From NCBI RefSeq assembly GCF_963506605.1, contig NC_083277.1:81964001-82028000 (forward strand): a stretch of DNA of 64,000 bases, written 5' to 3'. Below, one piece after another: positions 1 to 12,100 of this stretch; position 1 is the first letter of the stretch, and the number at the start of each line of letters is the position of its first letter. The notes under the pieces are model-generated. The model ran no database searches, was not told the origin of the DNA, and saw only the letters and a program-made list of their open reading frames with translations. The stretch is from Zootoca vivipara (lineage: Eukaryota). The translations under genes were made by a program, and so were the position numbers.

Positions 1-1074
1 TACCTGCAGGACCAGCTGCCTAGAGACTACTGATGTGGGCGTTTACTTTCTGTTGGGGTCAAGACTGAATTTTGGAGGTGATTAATTTTTGTTATTAGTA
101 TTGTTTCTGTATCTTTATTGTTAGACTTTGCTATGATCATTTTTTGAATTATTTGAGGATAGTTCAATTTTTTGGTATATTTATTGAGATGTTTTCATTT
201 ATTGTTTATGACCACTTAAATTTTGTTATATCTACATCTGCACAGACAGCATGGTTTAACTACAGAAAGGGGGCATACAAATAAACAATGACATTAACTT
301 ATCCCATTTTCACAATACTGTACATACTTTTGATCACCATCAGAAACAGGCAGAACTGGGGTGCTTGTTTTACTCCCTGGTGTTATCTCTCTAAATGAAA
401 CCAGTGACCTCAAGTTTTCAGTACAGACAAGGAGAATACCCCCTGTACAACCCAACTCAGCTAAGATTAACTTCATCCCATTAGCATTAAAAACACAAAG
501 TCCTTTGAAATATGTGGTACATCAAGATAGCCACACGATGGTACTGTGTAGCTGTCAGAGAAGCTACTGAAACCATTTGTAAAACAGATTGCAGCTTGCT
601 GTAAAAAATAATAACAGTGACCTGAATTGTGAATGCTGGGAATGCTTGCTCCAATTCTGCCTTCTGTGTATACTTCATTTGACATCTTGGACAGCCACAT
701 ATTCACAAAGTGAGATACCTAAGGAATGCTAAACCAGCAGTAGGAAACCTGGGGCCCTCCAGACATTGGGCTCAGTTTGTCGTCAGCTCAGCCAGCACAG
801 CCTACAATCAGAAATTCTAGCTTTGGTCTAGCAATATCCAAAAGGCCATCTCTAATACTCCTATGATAGCACTTCCATGCAAATAAATGAGCCAATACTT
901 TAAAAAGCTTTACATATTTAGGCAGAATCTTCCTCCACCCCAACCTAAGGTGGGAGAGGGGAAGGACAACAAAGCAGACGAGAAATAAGCCTGGTGCAGA
1001 AACCTACCCATGCTTACTAGGAAGACCTATGGATTAAAATAGAGCTTACTTACAAGTAGACCCAGGATTGTAAC

Positions 1075-1501
1075 TGTTGGAAGTTCATTCCCCGAGTTTG
1101 CATTCATGGGATTGTTGTCTTATCACATGGTGGTGTATGTTATCATTCCAGAGTGGGGCGTGACGAAGACAGGATGTTTGTGTTACTGCGTTTCCTGAAG
1201 TGGGACTATTGTCCTTTGTTCTTTCTCTTTGTTGTCTGATGCTAGAGAGGGTCATGCTGCGGTGCTCCGTGTGTGTTTATATGTAAATAAACGTAGATCA
1301 GCCAAATGCAGGGTTGCTGACGTCTGTTACACAATTGCGCGAACTCTGCGGATCCATAAGTGTGCTGATGTCAGTTGGCATCAGTCGCTGTGATTTTCAG
1401 GCTGAAGAAAGCTTTTGAAGCTCCCGGTCAACCAGGAGGGAGAGAACATGCCAGTCGGGCATGTCTCTCTGCCAGGGTCCTACTTGTTAGAGATCCCAAC
1501 A
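1075..1501 (+). mobile_element. Solo LTR of an LTR retrotransposon or ERV
   Basis: Begins TGTTGG and ends CCAACA (inverted termini). Flanked by a 5-bp TSD GTAAC (1070-1074 and 1502-1506). Internal AATAAA near 1285. Confidence 0.8.
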
Positions 1502-2481
1502 GTAACTTGATACGCTAATACAGCCTTTCTCAACCTTGGATCCCAAGATGATGTTAGACTACAACCTCCTCTCATCTCTAGCTAGCAGGACCAGTGGTGA
1601 GATGGTGGGAATTATAGGCCAACATTTGAGGAACAAAGGTTCAGAAAGACAGCCCTAAAATTTTCAGCCCAATGTTAACCGGAGTTGATTCAAGTGCCAA
1701 GTACTTTCCTGAAACTAGCTTTCACTTAATATGCTACAAAGGTTTTTCGACTGTCAATCCTTATTTTAAAAAAGAGAAATCTTCTTCATCATTTCAATGG
1801 GTTGTTGAAGGAAGGTCAAATTGCTATGCTTGAAAACTTTCCTGGCTGAAATCTCCAGATGACAAGTGGTTAATTATTTAAACAGACATTTCCCAGGAGA
1901 TGCTGGTTATGCTGGTCTATGCCCCTGCCTGAATGGAGATAAGTTTGGTGTTGGAAGGCTTTTGTAAAATCAAGGTAGGCAGATCCAAAATTGCTTTTGC
2001 TTGACATAGCACCTGAGCACCTGTCAAATCACAGAAGTGGCGTGTACATGATTCGGTCATTCTACAGTAGCCAACATCAACGCTCCTTTAGAACGAAGTC
2101 TAGGCCACACTACTGATCAGAATTGCAAGTCCTGACTCATTGCCAGCCTCCTTCCAGTCTGGGTACAGCACCATGTCTGAACTTCAGAGTTGTCCATTTC
2201 ACTTAACTGGACTACCAAACTCAGATTCACAGATCCACATTCAGGTGAGCAAAAGGCATGAAGCAGACATAGCAACAAGCCACCAGATGACTGAAGCTGC
2301 AAGACCAACCATGTTTACGAGCCTCCTTCACAACCCTATTTGTCATTTTCTCCTTTTGTCAAGGAGAGCAATCTGGAGTCCTAATCTTAACTGCATTGAC
2401 TAGCTTTGCCCAACCTTCTGGTTTCTGGCAAGTTTTACTTAGTTTTGTTAAAAAGTCATCTTGCGATTTTAATCCAAGTCC

Positions 2482-2487
2482 TTTATT
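2482..2487 (-). terminator. PTTG1 polyadenylation signal AATAAA
   Basis: TTTATT on the + strand, about 55 nt past the PTTG1 stop codon. Confidence 0.7.
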
Positions 2488-2541
2488 ATGAAAATTAACA
2501 CAACTTATTCAGAATTCAACTTAAAAAGAGATGTTTACATA

Positions 2542-5380
2542 TTATAAGGGAGGGGGAAGATCAATTATTATTTCATCCAAAGTAGCCAGGAAGTCTTGAG
2601 TGGACTGCAGGGTATCTGAAAGATTTAAAAAGCCAGTTAACATCAAGTCAGATACATTTGAATTTTAATATTTCCATTTCTAATGTTCATGGTTACATTT
2701 CTAATCTCCATTTTTGTCAAGTGCCCAGTTTACCCTAGTCACCCAAATGTTAGGCAGTTGTTGCTCTGTTCCAACCAAGTATTGCCCCTTACAATGTAGC
2801 ATTACGGCTACTCACTTTGCTGGATGCAAATCACTTTTCTTTTCTTTTTACTTACCATAGCCCCAGGAAATGGAAGGCTCTTTTGCAGGTACAGAGATTG
2901 TGCTTGCAAATCTGTCAGAGGCATTTTCAAATACCATCAGAGGAACTCCAGTCAGGGGCATGTGGCTCAGCCTGTGCTCCTCGGGAACTTCAAAACTCTC
3001 AAAGTCTGTTCAGAAAGAACAACAGTGGTTAGCACTGCCCCTGAGCATCACTCTCCATTACCTGTTAGAGGAATGGGGCAGTGACATAATTCACTCAGCT
3101 AGCAGGGTTTACACCGGTACTGAGCATAGCTGCCAAGTTTTCCCTTTTCTCGCGAGGAAGCCTATTCAGCATAAGGGAAAATCCCAGTAAAAAAGGGATA
3201 ACTTGGCAGCTATGGTACTGAGTAGCACACCAAGAGCATAAATAAAATACATAAGACTGATTTTTTATTCACATTTCCTCAGCTTATTTATCGGTTATGC
3301 CTGGCAACTTCTAGAACAGTAATCCTGCAACTTACATGTATTTAATGTGTGAGCATTCAGTTTAACATGCTTGGCTAATAATAATAATAATAGGATAGGC
3401 ATCTGGGGTGGGGGGAGTCTTTGGCAATCCCACCTGCCACTGAACCCAATACATTTTGACTTTACACAATTTTGCCTTTAGGTGCGATCCCCAGAACATA
3501 ACCCCAGCATGCGTTGCAGCTTACGGTATAGAAGTTCAGTTAACAAGACATACAGCAACCTGTGACACTCCAAGCAGAACCACCTCCTGCTTCATATCTC
3601 TGCAATGATTATCAACCAATAAATCACCCCCACTATGCCAAGGAAACCCAAATAATCCTTGGCAGGCATTACCTAAAGGATCGTAGCAAAATAGGTTCTC
3701 CTTTTCTGGATAGTCTTCAGTAACCATGCTGCTGCTTTCAACTCTGTTTGCGGTTTCAGTAGCCTTAAATGAGGATAACCAGAAAAAGTGGTTACAACAA
3801 AGTCTTACAACAGCCAGACTAGAGATTTCTCCAGTTAATATGCTGAATCTTTGCTTCCCACTGGTGGAACATGGACCACAGCTTGGGAATCCCCAAAATC
3901 ATGTTTATTACAATACCATGACTTCTTGTTCCCAACTCCTTAATCAAGGACGAATTAGAAAACAGGCTCCCTCCCCATTTCTTCCCTTTCCCAGAGCCTT
4001 CCCTTATCTTCATTTAGAAATCCCCTTTCAGGTGCCACCCTGGTTTTTGTTGTTCTTGTTGTGACCAACAGATTTTCCAGTGTTCTTAGCTTTGATCATC
4101 CTTGTGAATGCATTCGTCCTTCATGAGCTAAAGAGAAAGCTGGTCTCTATGTACACACAACTCTCTTTTTCCTGCTATGTGCCAGTCATCCCCCTATTTC
4201 ATACCCACCAATGTACTACTTTTCTGGAAGAAAAGTTTTACACAAGATGAAAACTTCAGAGGCTAGTTTAAGGTGAGCTGATCATTATCACTTACTGAAA
4301 TGTTGACAGATTGGCACACATCTATGATCTTTTCTATTCAGCTTGCCTAAGCTGCAGCTCTGATTGTTTTGCTTATATCTGGGACAGTTCTCCAGCCTAG
4401 GAGTCATTCTGTTTTGAGAATCTAATGCAGTCCTAAGGAGTATTATCTCTACTGACCTTTTTCATAGAAGACTTGTTTCCTTTTGGGAAGTTACTCTTTG
4501 TTGTTGTTAAAGGCCTATTCAAATTTCCTAGAACCTTCCTGATAGACTGGGCTGCTGCTGGATTTACATTAGCTGTCCTTCCAACAAGTGGAGTCTTGGG
4601 GCAAGACCTTTCAGCAAAACTCTTTGCTGTGGAAGAAAATCAAGTCAGCCAACATGCTTGAGACCCAAAGTACCAAAACTTCTTCATTCAAGGCCACCAC
4701 AGACAAAACAAGCCAGAACATACGTTTATCATGTCATATGAACCCAAGTTTGTTGTTTGTCTCTTTCCAAACAAGCCAAGAGCAGTAATCCAAGATTTGT
4801 TCTTAGCTTATAACTCTTGGTTCATTTGGAGATAAACAAGTGCAGGTTCAGGTGACATGACAAACCAGGCCCTGGTTGGTTTCATCCAAAGTGCAGCAGG
4901 AATGCCCCAGGAAATTCTAAGCATGCTGCTTGTTCACATTAATCCATGGTTTAAACATGGGTTAATGTGACAGGCAAGACAAGCAAATCAAGCCAGTGCA
5001 GCTAAGAATACTCCATGAGGCAGAATAAAGGAGAAGCCAGCTAGTTCTCATTTTTTCTTCCTCCTGGCCTCCTGTCCTTCCACAAAGACTTCATCATCCA
5101 GTACCTCTAAGCTGAGCTGACTTGTTATCATTGCTGCCTCCAAAACAGGAGGAGAAAGCTATAAAAAGTTGATATTAAGCATTCTGAATTATTAATTCAA
5201 GTTCATCAGCATCTTTAATGGAACTTTGGTTTAAAATAGGTATTTCCATTCATTTATACCAGTTTAAATTCACATGAATACAAACTTACATGGTGCAGAT
5301 ACCAATTGCATCCGACTCTTAGAAGAAGCAAGCGTGCCAATTTCACCATTCTCTTTTTCTATATAAATTTGTGTTGCCAT
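2542..5380 (-). CDS. PTTG1: Securin (pituitary tumor-transforming gene 1), 5 coding exons, 191 aa
   Basis: Exons 5380-5290, 4626-4457, 3763-3673, 3005-2856 and 2615-2542; all GT-AG with consistent phases (576 nt). Translation MATQIYIEKENGE...RKVLGNLN...DYPEKENLFCYDPLDFESFEVPEEH...LDEIIIDLPPPL* has a KEN box, a D-box and the securin core. Head-to-head with SLU7 as in other vertebrates. Confidence 0.95.
3125..3214. mobile_element. 90-bp hAT-type MITE
   Basis: TIRs CATAGCTGCCAAGTT...AACTTGGCAGCTATG; 8-bp TSD GTACTGAG. A second copy lies at 22936-23025. Confidence 0.85.
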
Positions 5381-6243
5381 CACTTTGACATCCAAGGATT
5401 GCTAGAATAGATATATACATTATTATTTTGTGTTTTCTTGCATGCTTGGCCTTTTGTCATCATTATAGGAGTCCAAGTATGTATCACTAGTAGTACCTAA
5501 ATCACTTTGGGAAACTCCTCCAGAACTTTCTGGAGCAAAGGCGGTGACTGGTTTAATGCATTTCTTTTAAGTGTTTGTCTTGACTAGGTACAATGCACTG
5601 GTATGTGCAGATAACTGTTAAACACTAGACAGAACTCAAAATGCAAACAAAAACTACTCACTAAAGCAGTTTAGAAAAATACGTGGTGGTGGTGACAAAG
5701 TCTTTTTTTAATTAAAAAAGCACTTTTAAAAAGTGTATATTTACAGAGGACATTCTGAAGTTAAGAACAACAGTGAACTATTGCTGCCTACTCAGAAGTA
5801 GTTCAGTTGGTCTTATTCTCAGATAAAGGCTTAAAAGAATTGCACCCTAAAATTACAGGTTTTGACACATATACCAAAGCAATACTTTCCATGTTACCAC
5901 ATACCCTTGAGTACCAGTGTTAAAAGCCAGACATTAGCATTAGAGCAGTGTAACCCAAAAAGTAACAGCAAAAAGGGAGGGGAACCCTACAAAGTGTATT
6001 CCCATCCACATTGCTCTCCATCACTTTAATGCAGTCTCACTAACTTGCCTGACCATGCGCAGGAGTACTCAGCAATAAGGCACACAGAACTCCAGGACAC
6101 CTACTGACTGCCCATCTTAAGTACAGTCAGGACAGGAGGAGTCTTAGATTGCCCTAGACCGGATTGCTTTAACTAGTATTTCTAACTCTTTTTTTAAAAA
6201 AAAGCAAACCCAAAAAGCCAGCTTCTCTTTTAGCATTACTTAC

Positions 6244-6277
6244 CTGTCTATAGAATGGACCAAACGAAACAAAGAAC
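6244..6277 (-). other. PTTG1: Candidate non-coding 5' exon of PTTG1
   Basis: On the minus strand: polypyrimidine tract...TGTCAG | 34 nt | GTAAGT, between the promoter and the ATG exon. The donor is strong; the exon could instead extend up to the TSS. Confidence 0.4.
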
Positions 6278-6539
6278 CTGACAGCAATAAGAAAAAAATT
6301 ATTTTAGTCCAAGCAAAAAAGATACAGAATTTTAGAAAAGCGGCACAACTTGTTAATAAACCTAACACCAGCACATTTGAATTACAATCGATAAGGACGA
6401 GACATTAGGAAGCAATGACCAAAAAAAGGAAACAAAATTTTAGGACAAACAAGCTTTTAAACCTCGCATCCACCCATTGCCAAATAATTGACAACACGCA
6501 CACCAAAAGCGGCACACCAACTGCAACCCAACGAGCTCT

Positions 6540-6680
6540 GCTTTCCGCACGGGTCACTTTTAAATCATGATTCTCCTTCCCCATTGGTCGTTATTCCCCG
6601 CGTGAGCCGCTGTTGATTGCTACCTCGGTAAACCAATGGCGGAGGAGAGAAGGCGGGGTTTCACGCGTTTCCGGGTCGTT
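6540..6680 (-). promoter_or_regulatory. PTTG1 G2/M-type promoter: CHR-like TTTAAA plus CCAAT boxes
   Basis: TTTAAA 6559-6564; ATTGG 6583-6587; imperfect ATTGC 33 bp further (6616-6620); CCAAT 6633-6637; GC box GGCGGG near 6652; locally CpG-rich. Confidence 0.65.
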
Positions 6681-6897
6681 AAAGAAACCAAGAGGAGGCA
6701 AAGGGACGGCAGATGAAGCTTTTTTGAAGGTGCATGAAGGTGTATTTCTTACGGGAGCAGTGCACAGTGGGAGTTCATTCCCAGCTACGTATGCGTAGGA
6801 TCAGACTGCAAAGCCCTAAAGTCACCCTTGCTCGCTGCACTCTGCGGAGTAAGACAGGAGGTCCTGGAGTGCAGCACTTTCGGGGTATAAATAATAA

Positions 6898-6981
6898 ATT
6901 GTTGTTGTTGTTACAATACTATTGTTATTGTTGTTACAATACTATTGTTACTGTTGTTACAATACTGTTGTTGTTGTTGTT
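6898..6981. repeat. Compound (TTG)n / TTGTTACAATACT microsatellite
   Basis: Directly visible in the sequence. Confidence 0.85.
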
Positions 6982-6987
6982 GGAGTA

Positions 6988-7259
6988 TAGGAGGCAGCCA
7001 TGTCGATCTGCTGCAACAAAAACAAAGAGGGTAAAGAAAATAAAAAAATCCTTCCAGTAGCACCTTAGAGACCAACTAAGTTTGTCATTGGTATGAGCTT
7101 TCATGTGCATGTACTTCTTCAGATACCTGAAATATCTGAAGAAGTGTGCATGCACACGAAAGCTCATAGCAATGACAAACTTATTTTGTCTCTAAGGTGG
7201 TACTGGGAGGAAATTTTTTATTTTGTTTCGACTACGTCAGAGCAACACGACTACCTTAC
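6988..7259. mobile_element. Diverged fold-back pair of Penelope pseudo-LTR ends with two hammerhead motifs
   Basis: Both arms resemble the pLTR at 56590-56716, in opposite orientations. The + motif at 7133-7168 has an intact core; the - motif at 7090-7127 has a damaged stem II. Confidence 0.8.
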
Positions 7260-7499
7260 TTTGAAAGAGCTAGTCCTAATCTTATTCCGGAGTCTCATTG
7301 TACTCAGCGGGATTTACTCCCAAGTAGCCGTATAAAGATTGATGCTAGCCACATTGATTAAGGCATAAGAGTCCCACCTAGTGCAGGGATGCTCATGTGG
7401 GAGTCTACAGTCACTGCAGCAGTCCTATCCAGGACGACTGCTTTGCTCCAGTGGGGTTTCCTCCTGCTGCCCTTACTAGACTGCAGCCTTTAGCTACTC

Positions 7500-8120
7500 C
7501 ACAGGAGGTTGCCGGACCAAAACCCCTCGTGGACTGGGGGCTCTAATTAAGACGCGCACCGAAAACAAAGCGCCCTGGAGTCTTAGTGGGACTTAACCCC
7601 GAGTAAATGCACGTGGGGATCGGGCTGCCTTGGTAGGCCCGGGCGGGGGACACCGAGAGTCCTTTGGAATCGGTGCACCTTTAAGAGAAAAGCGGATGGA
7701 GCGGCGCGCTGCATTGTGGGAAGCGGAAGCAAAGCGGAAGTGAGGCCTGCTTTTTGCTGCGAAGCCTGTGGCGTAGAAACGGCGGCGGTCGGGGCTGGCA
7801 GCTTCGGTAAGGCTGCATTTTGTGGCTGTCCTGCGAGTGTTACCCGGCGTAGGAGACTTTACTTCCCCCATAGGACAGCAGAGGCCGGTTCCAATTTCCT
7901 GAAAGTTGTGTTTGTTTATATTGTGTCTCCCTGGCGTTTAAAATCCCGGGAGCCTCCGTGGTGGCTGCTGTTCCTCCTCTTTCCTTTGGGTTTCGTTACA
8001 TTCTGTGTTTTCACACAGAGGAGTAAACAAAGGCTCGCTAGGCCTCTCCTCGGGACCACCTCTGGAGGTTTATTTGGTTTACTTGTTTCAGCTACGTATT
8101 TGTCGCGGGAAACACAAGAG
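7500..8120 (+). promoter_or_regulatory. SLU7: SLU7 CpG-island promoter and non-coding exon 1 (donor after 7806)
   Basis: CpG-rich; tandem ETS motifs CGGAAG at 7724-7741; donor CG|GTAAGG at 7806/7807. Confidence 0.7.
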
Positions 8121-9100
8121 GATCGTAAAAATGACTTTTTGTGCTCCTTTTCGGCTCCTTGAAATCCTTGTGGTTGGGGGAGGGGGTGTCAAAGCTGGGG
8201 CCGACCGTATAGTGAGCTCCTGCTCTAGCCTACCACCCTCCTCCCCCACTTACAGCACCTCTCTGTTAAACGCACAATTCCAGTTGTCATGCCGATTGAT
8301 CAGTACATTAACTGTTCTTGAAATTATTTGTTGGCTTCCAGTTGCTTAGATCAGATAGATGTTCTTTTGCTATGATGGCTAAGCAGGTCGTAGTTGAGGT
8401 GTTCTCATTAAACTGTTACTAATGAGAGGGAGGGGAACCCACATAAACATATGTACTGCTGTGACTAATAATGCTGACTCGTTGAGAATGGTTCATAAAG
8501 ATATAAACATTGGTGGCTACATCCTGCTAGAGGAGTCTTCTAGGGATCTATGCAGCCACAGAAGGAGTGGAGAAAATAGCTGGGAGGCTTATAACTCCCA
8601 AAGCATCAGCTAGCTAGCTTTTGGTTTCATGTTCACCTAATTTATAGGAGGTGGTAATTTATAGGAGGCAGCTTATTTAACAGTCACATTGGTGGGGTTT
8701 GAAGAGGTATTATATAATCTGTCTTGATTTAGGATTGGTGTTAAGCAGAGTGCGGTTATGATATGACACTATCTCTGCATGTTAGGATTTTTTAATCATT
8801 TCTTGGATTCATGAAGAGCTTGTGCATTTTCCCACTAATCCCAGCTGCTTCTCTTTCTGTTATCATCTCTCAGAGAGAGAATGGTGTTATATTTCATATG
8901 ATAGCTACTTTTTCTGATGGCTGTGGCCTGGCTCCAAACACTACAAGAACACCAGTGAAGGTGCAATGGGAGAATTAATACATGCAAAATACTGATTATG
9001 GTTAACATTTTGAGATTGTTCATAAGGACATGTATTGAAACAGTGTTTGATCTATTTCTGTGGCTGATAAACCTGCATTCTTCTTTGTAGGTAAAAGATC

Positions 9101-12100
9101 ATGGAATCTGGTAGTATGGAAACGATAGCTACTAACCCTCCTGGAGGGTCAAATGGCTTAGAAGAGCCTAAGAAGATGACCAGGGAGGACTGGAGGAAGA
9201 AAAAGGAATTGGAAGAACAGAGAAAACTGGGCAATGCGCCAGCAGAAGTAGATGAAGAGGGAAAGTAAGTCTAGTGTATCCCTTCATATCTGCTAGCAGT
9301 TCCCTTGTATTTCCTTCAAACTTGCACTTGTTTTATGACTTTCTGTTGTTTTATTTTTTTGAAGTTAGGAGGTATGTACCTTAAAGGAATTTCTTTCATC
9401 TTGCTTGATAGTTTTGGAATTTCTATAGCCAATGGGTAATGAAATGAATGAACTGAAATGTATGGTTTATTCCTGCCTTCAGCCTGCCTAGTCTTTTCCT
9501 AACCTTTCCAGAGTGGGGCTTCAGCCTGCCTAGTCTTTTCCTAACCTTTCCAGAGTGGGGCTTCAGCCTGCCTAGTCTTTTCCTAACCTTTCCAGAGTGG
9601 GGCAGGCAATTGGAAGGGATTGAAATCTTGAAATGTGAGGTTTTTTGAAAAAAAATTAAGCAAAAAGGAAGGGCCAAAGCTCAGTGCTCAGAATATCAAT
9701 CTGGGAGGGGAAAAGACTCACATTTCCTATATAACATGGTGTCCTTTCACAGTATTGTTAAGACAATCGAACATGGTTTTGACCCTTGATTGACTCATGG
9801 ACCCTTATGGAGAGACACTTTGATTGCCTTTATCAGAACATCTAAAACCTACTACGATCTGCCGCTATTTTCTCTCTTTTCTGCATAGATGCTAAGCTCT
9901 GTTTTCCTTGTATGGGAATGTTTTGTTACTTGAAATTAACAATCTATTTTTTAAAGTATTTTTAAAAGCATTGAATTGGGGATTCTGTTGTCGTCCCTTC
10001 TGTGGAATGAGTCTATGTACTTGGAGGCAAGACTCAATCGAGTTCAGCTGGGTGTCAGGTTCCATGATAGAGATAAGGCAGCATATACCGTAAATGTCAG
10101 AACATAATAAAATAATAATAATGAAATGATCCTAACTGTTTCCACTTAGAAGTCTCCTTGATCTCTATCTTAACATGGGAACCCTTACTGACTTAAGGTC
10201 CATCTTACCCGGTCACAAAGCATTCGCTACATTATTTTGTGGATATCTGTAACATTTACTTGTTCAACAATGCTATCATAACACAACCATATTTATTCAG
10301 AAGTTATTCCCAGTATGTTCAATGGGGCTTACTCCCACTTCAATGTGTGTTTTTTCTGTTTATTACAGAGACATCAACCCTCATATTCCTCAGTACATTT
10401 CCTCAGTCCCATGGTATATAGATCCTTCAAAAAGGCCTACACTAAAGCATCAGAGACCTCAGCCAGAGAAGCAACAAGAATTTACATTTCTAGGGGAATG
10501 GTATAAGCGAGGAGTCAAAGAGGTAGGTCACCATGATGGGAATGCTAGCACTCTAGAATGTGAATAAATCCTAAATCAGTTTGCTGTCCTTTATTTCTTA
10601 ATACTGGCATTCAAAAGATTGAGTTCAGTGATAGTTTGTCATCTTTCTGAGTATCAGATGTTGTGGGATAGTTTTACACTAGTTGACTTGCAGGGGTACA
10701 CTTCAAGCTAAGGATCAAGTTCTCTGCAATTATCATTAGATAATTAATTGTATTGTAGATCTGTTTCTTTTGCAGTCAAATGGGGCCAACTATATTCTGA
10801 TCGAGGCTGAGCAAAGGGAAGTAGGTGTGCTGTTATAGGAAGTTTTCATTTGTTTTTGTTTTTTGTTCAGAATTCTCATGCAACCAAGTACCGCAAAGGA
10901 GCATGTGAGAACTGTGGTGCCCTTACACACAAGAAGAAAGATTGCTTAGAGGTAAGCATTATTATTATTATTATTATTATTACATGAAATTGGATAAAAT
11001 TAACTGTGAATCTTGCTAACATCCTGAAAAATTAATTTCCCCAAGCTCTCTGTTACAAAAAACAATGAATAATAATGTGGCCACTTCCTTTTCTGAAGAG
11101 CAGGAACAATGCAAAGGTTGTGATCTATTTCCTTCCCTGCAGAGACCTAGAAAGGTTGGAGCCAAATTCACAGGAACCAACATTGCAGCAGATGAGCACA
11201 TGCAACCACAGCTGATGTTTGACTATGATGGAAAAAGAGACCGTTGGAATGGCTATAATCCAGAGGAGCATATGAAGATTGTAGAAGAATACGCCAAGGT
11301 TGATTTAGTAAGTAGGGTGGTGTGTTTTTTTTCCTTTAAAAAGATTCTGACAGTCTCTTGGGAAGTCGTGGCATATATCAATGTTAAAATAGGTCACTTT
11401 TTTATCTGGAGTAGAATTAATTTACACACTAACTTAGAAACAGCACCAGTAGAAATGTTTAAGGTAAGGTGCATGAAAAGCTGTGTTTTACTCAGCCAGA
11501 CCATTGAACCAAGAGTGACTTTCGAACAATGCATTTTGTCCAGTGCTGCTGTTTCGCTCATGCAGCATACTTCAGCTTGTGCAAGATAATGTCCACTTCC
11601 TCTTCTTCCTGCAGACCACCGTGGATCTTCAAAATCTCTCCAAATTGTTGGGGGGCTCTCTTGAACAGATTTTGGGGGTACACAAGGGGAGGAGGGGAAG
11701 AGGAAGTTCTGTTTGGTATGCAGAACACCACTCACACAGCAGTGGATAAATCTCACTTGTCTAGTGAAATATGCCCTCTGGTGAGAAGAACTTCTGCTTG
11801 CTAAGGATTAGTAAGTGGATTGTTCATACTGAATTTTAGTACCAAACTAGACAGATTTTAATTAAACAAAATGGTTGTTTGCATGATGAATGAAGTGGTT
11901 GTGGAAACTTTCAGTCCAATGTGAGAAGTAATCCTGCTTTCATTTTAACAGGCTAAACGCTCACTAAAAGTGCAGAAGCTCCAGGAGGAGCTGGCTTCAG
12001 GAAGGCTGACAGAGCAAGTGGTAAGTGAACTGGAAACCTTACTACCCTGATGTTTTACCAGGGATGTGTGTCCCCCTTTCTCACATGTCACCTCTGCTAT

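Noticed and set aside
1-2400. miR-146a, expected downstream of PTTG1 by synteny
   Set aside because: No match to the mature sequence seen; it probably lies outside the window.
9477-9602. Repeat array as a possible CRISPR
   Set aside because: No spacers, and the context is a eukaryotic intron.
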